From the NCBI GenBank assembly GCA_002269645.1, contig NIVC01003757.1, forward strand, positions 14,418-78,417: 64,000 nt of DNA, written 5' to 3'. Origin of the DNA: Macrostomum lignano. Taxonomy: Eukaryota. This document shows, one piece after another, positions 38,301 to 50,220 of the stretch (its first letter is position 1; every line of letters begins with the position of its first letter). Both the position numbers and the translations under genes were made by a program. Under the pieces are notes generated by a model. The model did not search any database. It was not told the DNA's origin and saw only the letters and a list, made by a program, of their open reading frames with translations.

Positions 38301-39283
38301 TAATCCAGTGAGCTAATCCAAACTGAGCTAATCCAGTGAGCTAATCCAAACTGAGCTAATCCAGTGAGCTAATCCAGTGAGCTAATCCAGTGAGCTAATC
38401 CAAACTGAGCTAATCTAGTGAGATAATCCAGTGAGCTAATCCAAACTGAGCTAATACTGTGAGCTAATCCAGTGAGCTAATCCATTGCGATAATCCAGTG
38501 AGCTAATCCAGTGAGCTAATCCAGTGAGCTAATCCATTGCGATAATCCAGTGAGCTAATCCAGTGAGCTAATCCAGTGAGCTAATCCACTAAGATAATCC
38601 AATCCAGTGAGCTAATCCAATGAGCTAATCCAAACTGAGCTAATCCAGTGAGATAATCCAGTGAGCTAATCCAGTGAGCTAATCCAGTGAGATAATCCAG
38701 TGAGCTAATCCAAACTGAGCTAATCCTGTGAGCTAATCCACTAAGATAATCCAATCCAGTGAGCTAATCCATTGAGATAATCCCCTGAGATAATCCACTG
38801 AGATAATCCACTGAGCTAATCCAGTGAGCATAAGCACGAGATTACCTTGCGGATGACCTCCAGCGTGTAGGTCGGCAGGTGTCTCCGGTCGTTGCCTCCG
38901 GTGTTGAAAGATTTCGCAGCCGCCGCGGCCGCAGCCGCCGCAACCGCCGCTGTCGGCGTGTTGGCCGCCGCCGGAGCCGTCGCCGCCGCAATCCTGCCGC
39001 CTTCGGAGTCGAACGAGTTGCTGCCCTCCTCGGCGGCAGGCTGCGCTCCGTCCAGCTCCAGCACGTTGTTGCAGTCGCCAGGCAGGTGGAATTTGGGCCT
39101 CGCGGCGCACAGAATATAGTGCCCACAGTCGGCCAGCTTCTCCGTGGCGATGTACTGGCCCCGCTTCTCCGAGCGCTGCTGGGCGCGAATGTACCTGATG
39201 GCAAACTGGCCGCGCTCCCGGCGAAGCCAGGCCCGATAGTCGTTGCGGCTCTTCACTATGCAGTCAGCCATAGCGATGGCCAT
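35384..39283 (-). CDS. PKA catalytic subunit-like (AGC) kinase, probably catalytically degenerate, about 511 aa; exons 39283-38846, 37882-37417, 36729-36631, 35916-35384
   Basis: PKA-like segments: SPFICRLIDSFKDHCNLYFV, RFIAAQVVLALEYL, HRDLRSENI, LTDFTCAKRLQDGRAYTMIGCPDVMAPE, GYSTSVDYWAFGVLMYEMLTG and a C-terminal F-x-x-F (EEFDEF*). GT-AG junctions in phases 0/1/1 give 1536 nt in frame. Confidence 0.88.
36118..36445. repeat. 43-bp minisatellite in kinase intron 3
   Basis: (GTGTACATTGGAGAGGGTTAGTGGGGTCTGCATTGGAAGAAGA)n. Confidence 0.9.
36945..37320. repeat. 31-33-bp minisatellite in kinase intron 2
   Basis: (GAGAGCTGCTGCCCAATCACAGCAGGGGGAGCT)n. Confidence 0.93.
37910..38828. repeat. 13/15-bp minisatellite filling kinase intron 1
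   Basis: (GAGCTAATCCAGT)n with an AAACT variant. Confidence 0.95.
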
Positions 39284-39504
39284 GTTGTTGTTGGATTTGA
39301 TTATGAAATATGGTTGAAATTATTTTTATTGTATTAGATAATAAAAAAGTTTATTCCTGAAGCTAATAGCCACTAAATCGAAGCTTTTGACCATAGACGT
39401 TGCGGTTGTGCTCGAAGTTATCATCTTAGTTGCCTTTTCTACTAAACTCTACAATCTCAATGTTGTGCGCATTTAAGTACATCTGTTCGTGGTTAAATAC
39501 ATTA

Positions 39505-42120
39505 GGCTATAGGTATCTATTGCATTGATTACACAGGCCATAGGAATCTAATGCATTGATTGCACAGGCCATAGGTATCTAATGCATTGATTGCACAGGC
39601 CATAGATTTCTAGTGCATTGATTGCACAGGCCATAGATTTCTAGTGCATTGATTGCAACAGGCCATAGATTTCTAGTGCATTGATTGCAACAGGCCATAG
39701 ATTTCTAGTGCATTGATTGCAACAGGCCATAGATTTCTAATGCACTGATTGCACAGGCCATAGATTTCTAGTGCATTGATTGCACAGGCCATAGATTTCT
39801 AGTGCATTGATTGCACAGGCCATAGATTTCTAGTGCATTGATTGCACAGGCCATAGGAATCTAATGCATTGATTGCACAGGCCATAGGTATCTAATGCAT
39901 TGATTGCACAGGCCATAGATTTCTAGTGCATTGATTGCACAGGCCATAGGTATCTAATGCATTGATTGCAACAGGCCATAGATTTCTAGTGCATTGATTG
40001 CAACAGGCCATATATTTCTAGTGCATTGATTGCACAGGCCATAGATTTCTAGTGCATGGATTGCACAGGCCATAGATTTCTAGTGCATTGATTGCACAGG
40101 CCATAGATTTCTAGTGCATTGATTGCACAGGCCATAGGAATCTAATGCATTGATTGCACAGGCCATAGGTATCTAATGCATTGATTGCACAGGCCATAGA
40201 TTTCTAGTGCATTGATTGCACAGGCCATAGATTTCTAGTGCATTGATTGCACAGGCCATAGATTTCTAGTGCATTGATTGCACAGGCCATAGATTTCTAG
40301 TGCATTGATTGCAACAGGCCATAGATTTCTAGTGCATTGATTGCACAGGCCATAGATTTCTAGTGCATTGATTGCACAGGCCATAGATTTCTAGTACATT
40401 GATTGCACAGGCCATAGATTTCTAGTGCATTGATTGCACGGGCCATAGATATCTAATGCATTGATTGCACAGGCTATAGGTATCTAATGCATTGATTGCA
40501 CAGGCCATAGGTATCGAATGCATTGATTGCACAGGCCATAGGTATCGAATGCATTGATTGCACAGGCCATAGGTATCGAATGCATTGATTGCACAGGCCA
40601 TAGGTATCTAATGCATTGATTGCAACAGGCCATAGGTATCTAATGCATTGATTGCACAGGCCATAGATTTCTAGTGCATTGATTGCACAGGCCATAGGTA
40701 TCTAATGCATTGATTACACAGGCCATAGATTTCTAGTGCATTGATTGCAACAGGCCATAGATTTCTAGTGCATTGATTGCAACAGGCCATAGATTTCTAG
40801 TGCATTGATTGCAACAGGCCATAGATTTCTAGTGCATTGATTGCAACAGGCCATAGATTTCTAGTGCATTGATTGCACAGGCCATAGATTTCTAGTACAT
40901 TGATTGCACAGGCCATAGATTTCTAGTGCATTGATTGCACGGGCCATAGATATCTAATGCATTGATTGCACAGGCTATAGGTATCTAATGCATTGATTGC
41001 ACAGGCCATAGGTATCGAATGCATTGATTGCACAGGCCATAGGTATCGAATGCATTGATTGCACAGGCCATAGGTATCGAATGCATTGATTGCACAGGCC
41101 ATAGGTATCTAATGCATTGATTGCAACAGGCCATAGGTATCTAATGCATTGATTGCACAGGCCATAGGAATCTAATGCATTGATTACACAGGCCATAGAT
41201 TTCTAGTGCATTGATTGCACAGGCCATAGGTATCTAATGCATTGATTGCACAGGCCATAGATTTCTAGTGCATTGATTGCAACAGGCCATAGATTTCTAG
41301 TGCATTGATTGCAACAGGCCATAGATTTCTAGTGCATTGATTGCAACAGGCCATAGATTTCTAGTGCATTGATTGCACAGGCCATAGATTTCTAGTGCAT
41401 TGATTGCACGGGCCATAGATATCTAATGCATTGATTGCACAGGCTATAGGTATCTAATGCATTGATTGCACAGGCCATAGGTATCGAATGCATTGATTGC
41501 ACAGGCCATAGGTATCGAATGCATTGATTGCACAGGCCATAGGTATCGAATGCATTGATTGCACAGGCCATAGGTATCTAATGCATTGATTGCAACAGGC
41601 CATAGGTATCTAATGCATTGATTGCACAGGCCATAGGAATCTAATGCATTGATTACACAGGCCATAGATTTCTAGTGCATTGATTGCACAGGCCATAGGT
41701 ATCTAATGCATTGATTGCACAGGCCATAGATTTCTAGTGCATTGATTGCAACAGGCCATAGATTTCTAGTGCATTGATTGCAACAGGCCATAGATTTCTA
41801 GTGCATTGATTGCAACAGGCCATAGATTTCTAGTGCATTGATTGCACAGGCCATAGATTTCTAGTGCATTGATTGCACAGGCCATAGGTATCTAATGCAT
41901 TGATTGCACAGGCCATAGATTTCTAGTGCATTGATTGCAACAGGCCATAGATTTCTAGTGCATTGATTGCAACAGGCCATAGATTTCTAGTGCATTGATT
42001 GCAACAGGCCATAGATTTCTAGTGCATTGATTGCACAGGCCATAGATTTCTAGTGCATTGATTGCACAGGCCATAGGTATCTAATGCATTGATTGCACAG
42101 GCCATAGATATCTAATGCAT
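39505..42120. repeat. 31-32-bp satellite with ~470-500-bp higher-order blocks
   Basis: (GCATTGATTGCACAGGCCATAGATTTCTAGT)n; near-identical variant blocks at 40474, 40975 and 41444. Confidence 0.95.
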
Positions 42121-42319
42121 GATTGAATGCATGACTGATGCATGACTGATTGAAGGTTACGCAAGGTTATAACTATTGATGATATGCTTATTCCCAGCAA
42201 AGTATTCAAAGAGTTGTTATTCCAGATCGAGTCGTATTTTCGTTAATCAAGATTTGTTGATCAATATAATATAGGGATTAAGTTAACTGTGAGTTCCAGT
42301 TTCCAGTAGTGTATTATAT

Positions 42320-43705
42320 TTAGTCGAACGGGCTGACGCACTGGCAGAGCACGAAGTTGTCAGCCCGTTCGTCCTTGTCGTTGAACTCAGCCCTGGACTT
42401 CTCCAGCACGATGCGATTCTGGTTCACATCATTGTCGGGATCGTCAGACTCCCACAGCGAGCGGCTCATGTTCACGGGCAGGCCGGAGCCCAGCCACACC
42501 CAGCCCTGGTCCGGCTCCACGCTGCCAGGTGGTTGGTAGGCGTTTAGCCAGGCCTGGTCGTCCCAGGGATAGTTGCCAATGGTGACAGCGTGGTCCATGT
42601 GCGCCCGGTCAACCAGTTCAGCCAGGCGCGACAGGCCGCCGAGAGACAGGCAGTGAGTCTGCAGTTTCACAATGACGCAAACATCTTTTTTATAAAGTTT
42701 TAAAGATAGAGAGTATCTCGCCAGACTCTTGCGCTAAGGTACCGATCCCGTGCGAGAGGCATTACTGCCCATTCCGCCGACTCCCCTGAGCAGGCACACA
42801 AGCGCGCGGATACGTACGCAGGCACACACTCACACAGGAGTGTACAGCGGCCCTAACTTTATATTATCGTTAGGCATGTACACTTCACTGCGCCTTGGGG
42901 GGTTGGCTCTCAAGGCCGCTAATTGCACGAGCAGAGCCAAGCCGAGATTCCAATTCAGCCCCAAATTAATGTGACTGCACTTGGAATCGAGCCTGGGTCG
43001 CTGGCTCACACAGGGTGCACAGCGGCCCTGACTTTCTAATCGTCAGACAGGCTGGCTTTCGTGGGTGTGAATCGCCACGACAAGACCGGCTAATTTTCGT
43101 GTACAGGCTCCAAATATAATATCATTGACGCTCCTTAAGGGTCAGAGTTAAGCAGAATTAGACGCGGTTAGTACATTCAGCCAACTCAAAAATAAAAATG
43201 CTAAGCTGCGCACCCGAACCACTTAAAACACGTGAATTTGTGTGCCTTGGTCACTCACGTAGGCTCCGTCCCAAGTATAGTGACTCTTCACCAGCTTGAA
43301 TTTCGTGCCAAAGAAGTCGCTGCCAAAGCCGCGGCCGCACAGCCCACCCGGCTGGGCCACTCCGGCCAGACGGCGGACAAAGACCTCGGCCGGTCGGCTC
43401 TGGCACGACTTCACCGACCGGACGCGCCGGCTGAACGCGCCGAAATTGAATCGGCGACAGCGAGCCGGAGCAGTCAGGATGGCGAAGGCCAGGCAGCTGG
43501 GCTCCTGGGCGCACCTGAAGGAGCAGGCCTGCGGATCGGCGATGCCGGGCAAGTCGGGCAGGATGAAGCGAGGGTCGATGCAGTGCAGCACCTTGGTGGT
43601 CAAGAGGTCGAAGTTCGTCCGATTGGAGCAGCCAGCCGAGCAGATGACCGACAGGCAGGTGCAGCTAAGAAACAGAAACAAGAGAGTGACAGCTATTGAG
43701 TGCAT
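42320..43705 (-). CDS. Secreted PAN/apple-like + C-type lectin domain protein, about 261 aa; exons 43705-43259, 42658-42320
   Basis: Hydrophobic N-terminal signal (MHSIAVTLLFLFLSCTC), PAN-like CSFRCAQEPSCLAF...C pattern, and CTLD start KLVKSHYTWDGAY|THCLSLGGLSRLAEL with WLNAY, WVW, LW..DDPDN and FND...FVLCQ. Donor TAC|GTGAGT and acceptor ctgcag|ACT are phase 0. Confidence 0.8.
42770..43015 (-). mobile_element. Same SINE family in lectin gene intron 1
   Basis: About 230 bp shared with 57850-58090, including CAGGCACACAAGCGCGCGGATACGTACGCA and CCCCAAATTAATGTGACTGCACTTGGAATCGAGCCTGGG. Confidence 0.8.
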
Positions 43706-44044
43706 TTTGCACCTGCTTGCTTGGGCGTTGGCCTAACGGTTTATGAGAATTATAGGCAGGCTAGGAGCTTTTTAATAACGTGGCACACGGAGTGCTAAAT
43801 ACAGCATCTGTAAAGCTGATTACAGACTGGACAAATTCCTGTCCAATGAGGCTGAGCCAGCAGATGGCAACTAAAGAATTCTACATGTAATTGTAGGCTG
43901 ATGTTAAAACTGCTTTACAATTGCTTTTTTAATAAAAGCTTCTCTATCGCACATTATAAAATGTAAGTTATTGCAAGTTGCATATTACAAAGGCTTCGTG
44001 GCTGCAGTCGCTTAAACTACATTGATCTTCCTCAGATCCTCAGA

Positions 44045-44300
44045 CCCCATCATATCTCAAAGACCGACGCGACCCCATCATATCCCAAAGACCGACCCGA
44101 CCCCATCATATCCCAAAGACCGACACGACCCCATCATATACCAAAGACCGACCCGACCCCATCATCCCAAAGATCGACGGGACCCCATCATATCCCAAAG
44201 ACCGACCCGACCCCATCATATACCAAAGACCGACCCGAACCCATCATCCCAAAGATCGACGGGACCCCATCATATCCCAAAGACAGACGTGACCCCTTCA
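44045..44300. repeat. ~25-28-bp degenerate minisatellite
   Basis: (ACCCCATCATATCCCAAAGACCGACCCG)n. Confidence 0.85.
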
Positions 44301-44616
44301 GACCACAAGACCAACGGAGCCTTAGAAAAGCTGCTGTCAGCTATATACATATAATTTATCCAAATGGCATTCACATTATGGGTAGTGAGTTTCCACTCCA
44401 GACAGCCAACTCTTAAAACTCCACGAATAGCGGAACTAGAATGTCATTCATTAGCTTTCCCAAATCAAGCAACTATCGAGCAGTTTTTTTCACACTTGGT
44501 TGTCAAGCTAAACATTGGTTGCCAACTAGGGGTAGGGCTCAATCAAGTAGGGGATAATGGAAGCTAAAACACTGGGTCTCACTTTTAGTTTTATTGCTGA
44601 ACATTTTCCTGCAGCA

Positions 44617-44619
<3 letters not shown>

Positions 44620-44700
<81 letters not shown>
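44620..44700. repeat. (CA)n microsatellite, ~40 units
   Basis: Directly visible. Confidence 0.98.
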
Positions 44701-44702
<2 letters not shown>

Positions 44703-45382
44703 GGCTTCCTGGTTGCAATGTCTTATGCAAGGGCAAGGTAGATAGCTAATTGCAGTTTGCATTCTCCTGATAAAATACTTCCTGAAAAAAGCATTAAAGC
44801 TACATCTGTGGTCGTACATGTAAATTTGCATTTGCTCCGACCAAGAGGTCAGTAATCCGAAAGAGACAGACAATCCATGACAATATCAAACACACGTGAT
44901 GCTTCTCGCAAAAATGCATCTTGTCGAAGAAGCATAGTCCCTATTTTTTGGAGGAAATATGTTACTATTGAGTCGAGCGAAGAAGATTGTCTATTCACGT
45001 TTTTTATTTGATGCAACGGAATTGTCATTTTTGATTTACGAGGTATTGTCAGAGACAATCGTTAGTGTAGAACAGGTGATCGTATCTTCAAAGTATAATG
45101 TTCAACAAATTTCGATTTCCAATATCGCTTTGAAGGTACTCGCTTGAGAAAAGCACGAAGCTGAAGAAAGGCATAGTATTGGAAATATTTCATGATAGAA
45201 CAAATGTGCAAATAACGCTATTTATAAAGAGCCGGCTATCTGTGTATACGGTTTATTAGATTACAGTAAAAAGATTTAGAAAGCTAAATAGCAGGTAAAA
45301 AAACAGTTTATTCCAAGGACGGATTGAACTTAGTAAAAGAAGGAAAAAGAAAAAAATAGAATAGAATATGTAGTACACTTTG

Positions 45383-46120
45383 TATAACTTTTTTCTGCCC
45401 TTTTGGGCGGGCCTACGCGCATTGAATTCAATCCAAGATAAGTTTGCCGATGTAATGGAGCTTTTGTCTATGGTAGCAAGGCTGCCACAGCGGCATCCAA
45501 TCTGGTCCAACAAGCATCAGTTTGGTCCACAAGCTTCATTTGCAACTGCTGTGGAGAAGCAAGATTGCAGCCCCAGAATTGTGGACCATATGCTAGGCTG
45601 TCCAACGAATGCCATTGGCTTGCGATCGAAGCGCTCGACAGAGGTGAACACCCAAAGGCTGCTGAATGTAAAGGAAAATACGGTTTGCAGCATCCATCAG
45701 CGCGTTGAAACCACTGCCGGCAGAGATTGCCTGTAAAAGGGTGGCAATCGCCAAGGCAATTTGCTCGAGAGCCTCAGGTCCAACTGCTACTCGATGCAAT
45801 TGAGATGCTGACGGTGCAGAAATGCAGCAGAAGTTGAAGAAACAGTTCCAGTTGGTTACCAGATTTCGGCTATCAGCAGAGCTCTGGAAAAGCGATTGAA
45901 AATTGTTGGTAGAGACGCTGACATTCCAGTGGTACGCAACAACTCGTAGACAGTTTGCCCAACGGCTCACGAGCGTTTACACCAAACTGATGCTTGTTGG
46001 ACTAAATTAGATGCCGCTGTGCCAGCCTTGCTACCATAGACAAAAGCTCCGTTACATTGGCAAACGTATCTTGGATTAAGTTCAATGCGCGTAAGCTCAA
46101 ATGGGCTGCAAAAAGCTATA
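45383..46120. mobile_element. Foldback element with ~140-bp diverged inverted arms
   Basis: 45383-45526 is the reverse complement (roughly 85% by eye) of 45981-46120, with a ~450-bp spacer. Confidence 0.7.
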
Positions 46121-46724
46121 CTGTCCGTCAAAAGTTCCGGAACCCTTGCCACGATGTCTTCTAGCGGACATAATTTCAGTCCGTTTTAATTGTAACTTGA
46201 TTCAAATGAAAGCTGCGGATCCCAGCTCCATGATGTGGTCAAGAAAAAGTTCATTCGAAGGAGCGCGTGTGAACAGGCCAGTGCCATGTACATAAAGGTT
46301 AGAGAAAAAAAAGTGAGGAAAAGACAAACAAGCAATTGTCTTTGGTTGCTGAGTCTATGGAGCAAACACACATGGGAAGGAATCGGTTTGCGCGCAGTGT
46401 TCAGCCTGGCTAACATTAGTCTATGGCCAAAACTTGTGTTGAAATCAACAGGCTCTTATGGATTCTTGTGCAGTCAGCTTTCATGGGAGAGTAAAAAAGA
46501 GTAAAAAACAATTGCTTGTTTGTCTTTTCCTCACTTTTTCTCTAACCTTTATGTACATAACACTGGCCTGTTCACACGCGCTCCTTCGAATAAACTTTTT
46601 CTTGACCACATCATGGAGCTGAGATCCGCAGCTTTCATCCGAATCAAGTTACAATTGAAACGGACTGAAATTATGTCCGCTAGAAGACACCGCAGCAAGG
46701 GCTCCGGAACTTTTTGACGGACAG
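46121..46724. mobile_element. Tc1/mariner-type MITE with ~217-bp terminal inverted repeats
   Basis: TA|CTGTCCGTCAAAAGTTCCGGA...GCAATTGT and its near-perfect inverse ACAATTGC...CCGGAACTTTTTGACGGACAG|TA. TA flanks both ends. Confidence 0.85.
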
Positions 46725-46766
46725 TATATATTATCACACAGTAGAACAATGCCAACAGGCAACACT

Positions 46767-48469
46767 TCAGTACATATCGTTCCAGTAATTGCTAGAATGT
46801 AGAAAATCCCGTATAGTATGCAGGCTGTGATGCTTAGGGAATCGCAGGGCCTCCGGATTGTCCCGATGTCTGGCCACGTGACGCCGCAGTACAGATGGCG
46901 GCACGACGTAGTCCGGTATGGAGGCCGGGCTGATGAACTCTGGCGCCGGCTTCTCCGGCTCGGGCGGCTCTGGCGGCTTTTTAACGCATGACTGTTTCAG
47001 ATGGTAATTGCGCGGCGGCTCGAATAGCGAGCAGGCGCCAGCGCTGGGCAGCCGGTGCATGGCCAGCCTGCTGTACTCATCCGAGAGGTAAACTGGATCC
47101 CGAGGGTCGGCTGTGGCCGGCCGCTGCGTATTGAATAGGCTGGCATCGGTTGTGGCCTGCTCGGGGTCCGCGACTTTGTACTTGTTGAATAGGCTGGAAT
47201 GCGAGTGTAACAGTTGTGGGATTTGGGAGCAGTGAATGCTACTTGTGACGATTTGGGAGCAGAGTGTCAGTTGTGGGGATTTGGGAGCAGTGAATGCTAC
47301 TTGTGACGATTTGGGAGCAGAGTGTCAGTTGTGGGGATTTGGGAGCAGTGAATGCTATTTGTGACGATTTGGGAGCAGAGTGTCAGTTGTGGGGATTTGG
47401 GAGCAGTGAATGCTACTTGTGACGATTTGGGAGCAGAGTGTCAGTTGTGGGGATTTGGGAGCAGTGAATGCTACTTGTGACGATTTGGGAGCAGAGTGTC
47501 AGTTGTGGGGATTTGGGAGCAGTGAATGCTACTTGTGACGATTTGGGAGCAGAGTGTCAGTTGTGGGGATTTGGGAGCAGTGAATGCTACTTGTGACGAT
47601 TTGGGAGCAGAGTGTCAGTTGTGGGGATTTGGGAGCAGTGAATGCTACTTGTGACGATTTGGGAGCAGAGTGTCAGTTGTGGGGATTTGGGAGCAGAGAG
47701 TGCCATTTGTTTGATTTGGAAGCAGAGAATGCTAGTGGGAGGGATTTGGGAGCAGAGAGTGTCAGTAGTGGGGATTTGGGAGCAGAGAGTGCCATTTGTT
47801 TGATTTGGAAGCAGTGAGTGCCAGTTGTGGGGATTTGGGAGCAGAGAGTGCCAGTTGTGTGGATTTGGAAGCAGAGAATGCTAGTGGGAGGGATTTGGGA
47901 GCAGAGAGTGCCAGTTGTAGGGATTTGGGAGCTGAGAGTGCCCAGTTCTGGGGAGTTGGAAGCTGAGAGTGCCCAGTTCTGGGGAGTTGGGAGCTGAGAG
48001 TGCCCAGTTCTGGGGATTTGGGAGCTGAGAGTGCCCAGTTCTGGGGATTTGGGAGCTGAGAGTGCCCAGTTCTGGGGATTTGGGAGCTGAGAGTGCCCAG
48101 TTCTGGGGATTTGGGAGCAGAGTACCCAGAGCAGCAAAATCCACAATTACCGTCGCTTCATTCGCGGAAAGCGAATCTGGTCGGCGGTGACAAAGATGCC
48201 GTAGTCCTTGCGCACAAAAAAGTAACGATGACCTCGGTAGAGGCCGTCCGTGTAGCCCACTAAAAGTGCAAATAGGAGTTAGTTTAGAAAACTGTCAGAC
48301 TATCCCAATGATAATCTGGTGACTTGCCTGGCTCGTACAGCTCCAGACCGACCCAGTCGCCCTTCATTGAGTTGAGGCCGCCCTTGTAACGCACCTTAGC
48401 CGGATACAACTCATTCAGGTGCTTCACCTCAACATTCTGGCCTATGGCGATGTTATCAAACAGGACCAT
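46767..48469 (-). CDS. Small CAP-Gly domain protein, about 225 aa; exons 48469-48328, 48259-48151, 47193-46767 (intron 1 is GC-AG)
   Basis: Spliced sequence AKVRYKGGLNSMKGDWVGLELYEPVGYTDGLYRGHRYFFVRKDYGIFV follows the CAP-Gly pattern. Phases 1/2 join the exons to the 46767-47060 ORF, 678 nt in frame. Confidence 0.8.
47210..48125. repeat. Minisatellite in CAP-Gly intron 2: 58-bp dimer (30+28) grading to a 31-bp unit
   Basis: GATTTGGGAGCAG core in all units. Confidence 0.93.
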
Positions 48470-48574
48470 TGCGCGGCGGGCCTGCTGTGCGATGCATGCA
48501 TGCGTTTGTGACAATGCATATGAAAGTGGCGTCTGATAAAGGCGCTTCTTGCCTATGATAACTGGAGTTGCACC

Positions 48575-49770
48575 TGATAATGGCACTGGTCACTATGGAT
48601 GATGACAGTGGCACCTGATAATGGCACTGGTCACTATGGATGATGACACAGTGGCACTGGTCACTATGGATGATGACACAGTGGCACTGGTCACTATGGA
48701 TGATGACACAGTGGCACTGGTCACTATTGATGATGACACAATGGCACTGGTCACTATGGATGATGACACAGTGGCACTGGTCACTATTGATGATGACACA
48801 GTGGCACTGGTCACTATGGATGATGACACAGTGGCACTGGTCACTATTGATGATGACACAGTGGCACTGGTCACTATGGATGATGACACAGTGGCACTGG
48901 TCACTATTGATGATGACACAGTGGCACTGGTCACTATGGATGATGACACAGTGGCACTGGTCACTATGGATGATGACACAGTGGCACTGGTCACTATGGA
49001 TGATGACACAGTGGCACTGGTCACTATGGATGATGACACAGTGGCACTGGTCACTATGGATGATGACACAGTGGCACTGGTCACTATGGATGATGACACA
49101 GTGGCACTGGTCACTATGGATGATGACACAGTGGCACTGGTCACTATGGATGATGACACAGTGGCACTGGTCACTATTGATGATGACACAGTGGCACTGG
49201 TCACTATGGATGATGACACAGTGGCACTGGTCACTATGGATGATGACACAGTGGCACTGGTCACTATGGATGATGACACAGTGACACTGGTCACTATTGA
49301 TGATGACACAGTGGCACTGGTCACTATGGATGATGACACAGTGGCACTGGTCACTATGGATGATGACACAGTAGCATCTGATAATGGCACTGGTCACTAT
49401 GGATGATGACACAGTGGCACCTGATAATGGCACTGGTCACTATAGTGATGATGACAATGGCACCTGATAATGGCACTGATCACTATGAATGATGACACAG
49501 TGGCACCTGATAATGGCACTGGTCATTATGGATGATCACACAGTGGCTCCTGATAATGGCACTGTTCACTATGGATGATGACACAGTGGCACCTGATAAT
49601 GGCACTGGTCACTATGAATGATGACACAGTGGCACCTGATAATGGCACTGGTCACTATAGTGATGATGACAATGGCACCCGATAATGGCACTGGTCACTA
49701 TGAATGATGACACAGTGGCACCTGATAATGGCACTGGTTGATAATGATGATGAATAGTGACACCTAATAA
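48575..49770. repeat. 30-bp minisatellite upstream of the CAP-Gly ATG
   Basis: (GTGGCACTGGTCACTATGGATGATGACACA)n; explains the ORFs at 48456-49433. Confidence 0.96.
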
Positions 49771-50220
49771 TGGCACCTGTCAATAAAAGACATTATAAAT
49801 CATAGTAAAGTCAAAACCAAAGCCACAGTTCCACTTAAAACAGAGAAAACAACTCAGATCAGATTTATTTATCAAGCCGCAGAAGACAAAACGGGACTTG
49901 TAGTGGACGAACCCGGGTCAAGGGTCACGTAAGGTCAGCGTATGGTACCAGTTTTATAACAGTAATAATTGCAACACCATAGGACTAATTAGTATTTTAG
50001 CCATTCAATTCAGTTAGAGAGAGTAAAATCATGGCAAACACAAATGTATGGAAAAAAAGTTTGTTAACTATTGAAATAACGATAGGATAAACACAACAAA
50101 GGAGCAAGACATTGAGAAGTTCACTGATAAGCAACTATTAGCTAAGTAAATATTCTGAGGCCGGAGCAGGCACATGAATCTTTATATAATAATGGGTGCT
50201 TAATCCGCTTCGGAAACCTC

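Noticed and set aside
44850-45250. Possible decayed transposase
   Set aside because: No frame gave a recognisable DDE or other motif.
48481-48484. CAG acceptor 12 nt before the CAP-Gly ATG as a trans-splice site
   Set aside because: Weak pyrimidine tract; cannot be distinguished from a cis 5' UTR intron or chance without transcript data.
48456-49433. Cys/His-rich, Ser-rich and Asp-rich repeat ORFs
   Set aside because: 30-bp satellite open in many frames; the real CAP-Gly ATG is at 48469.
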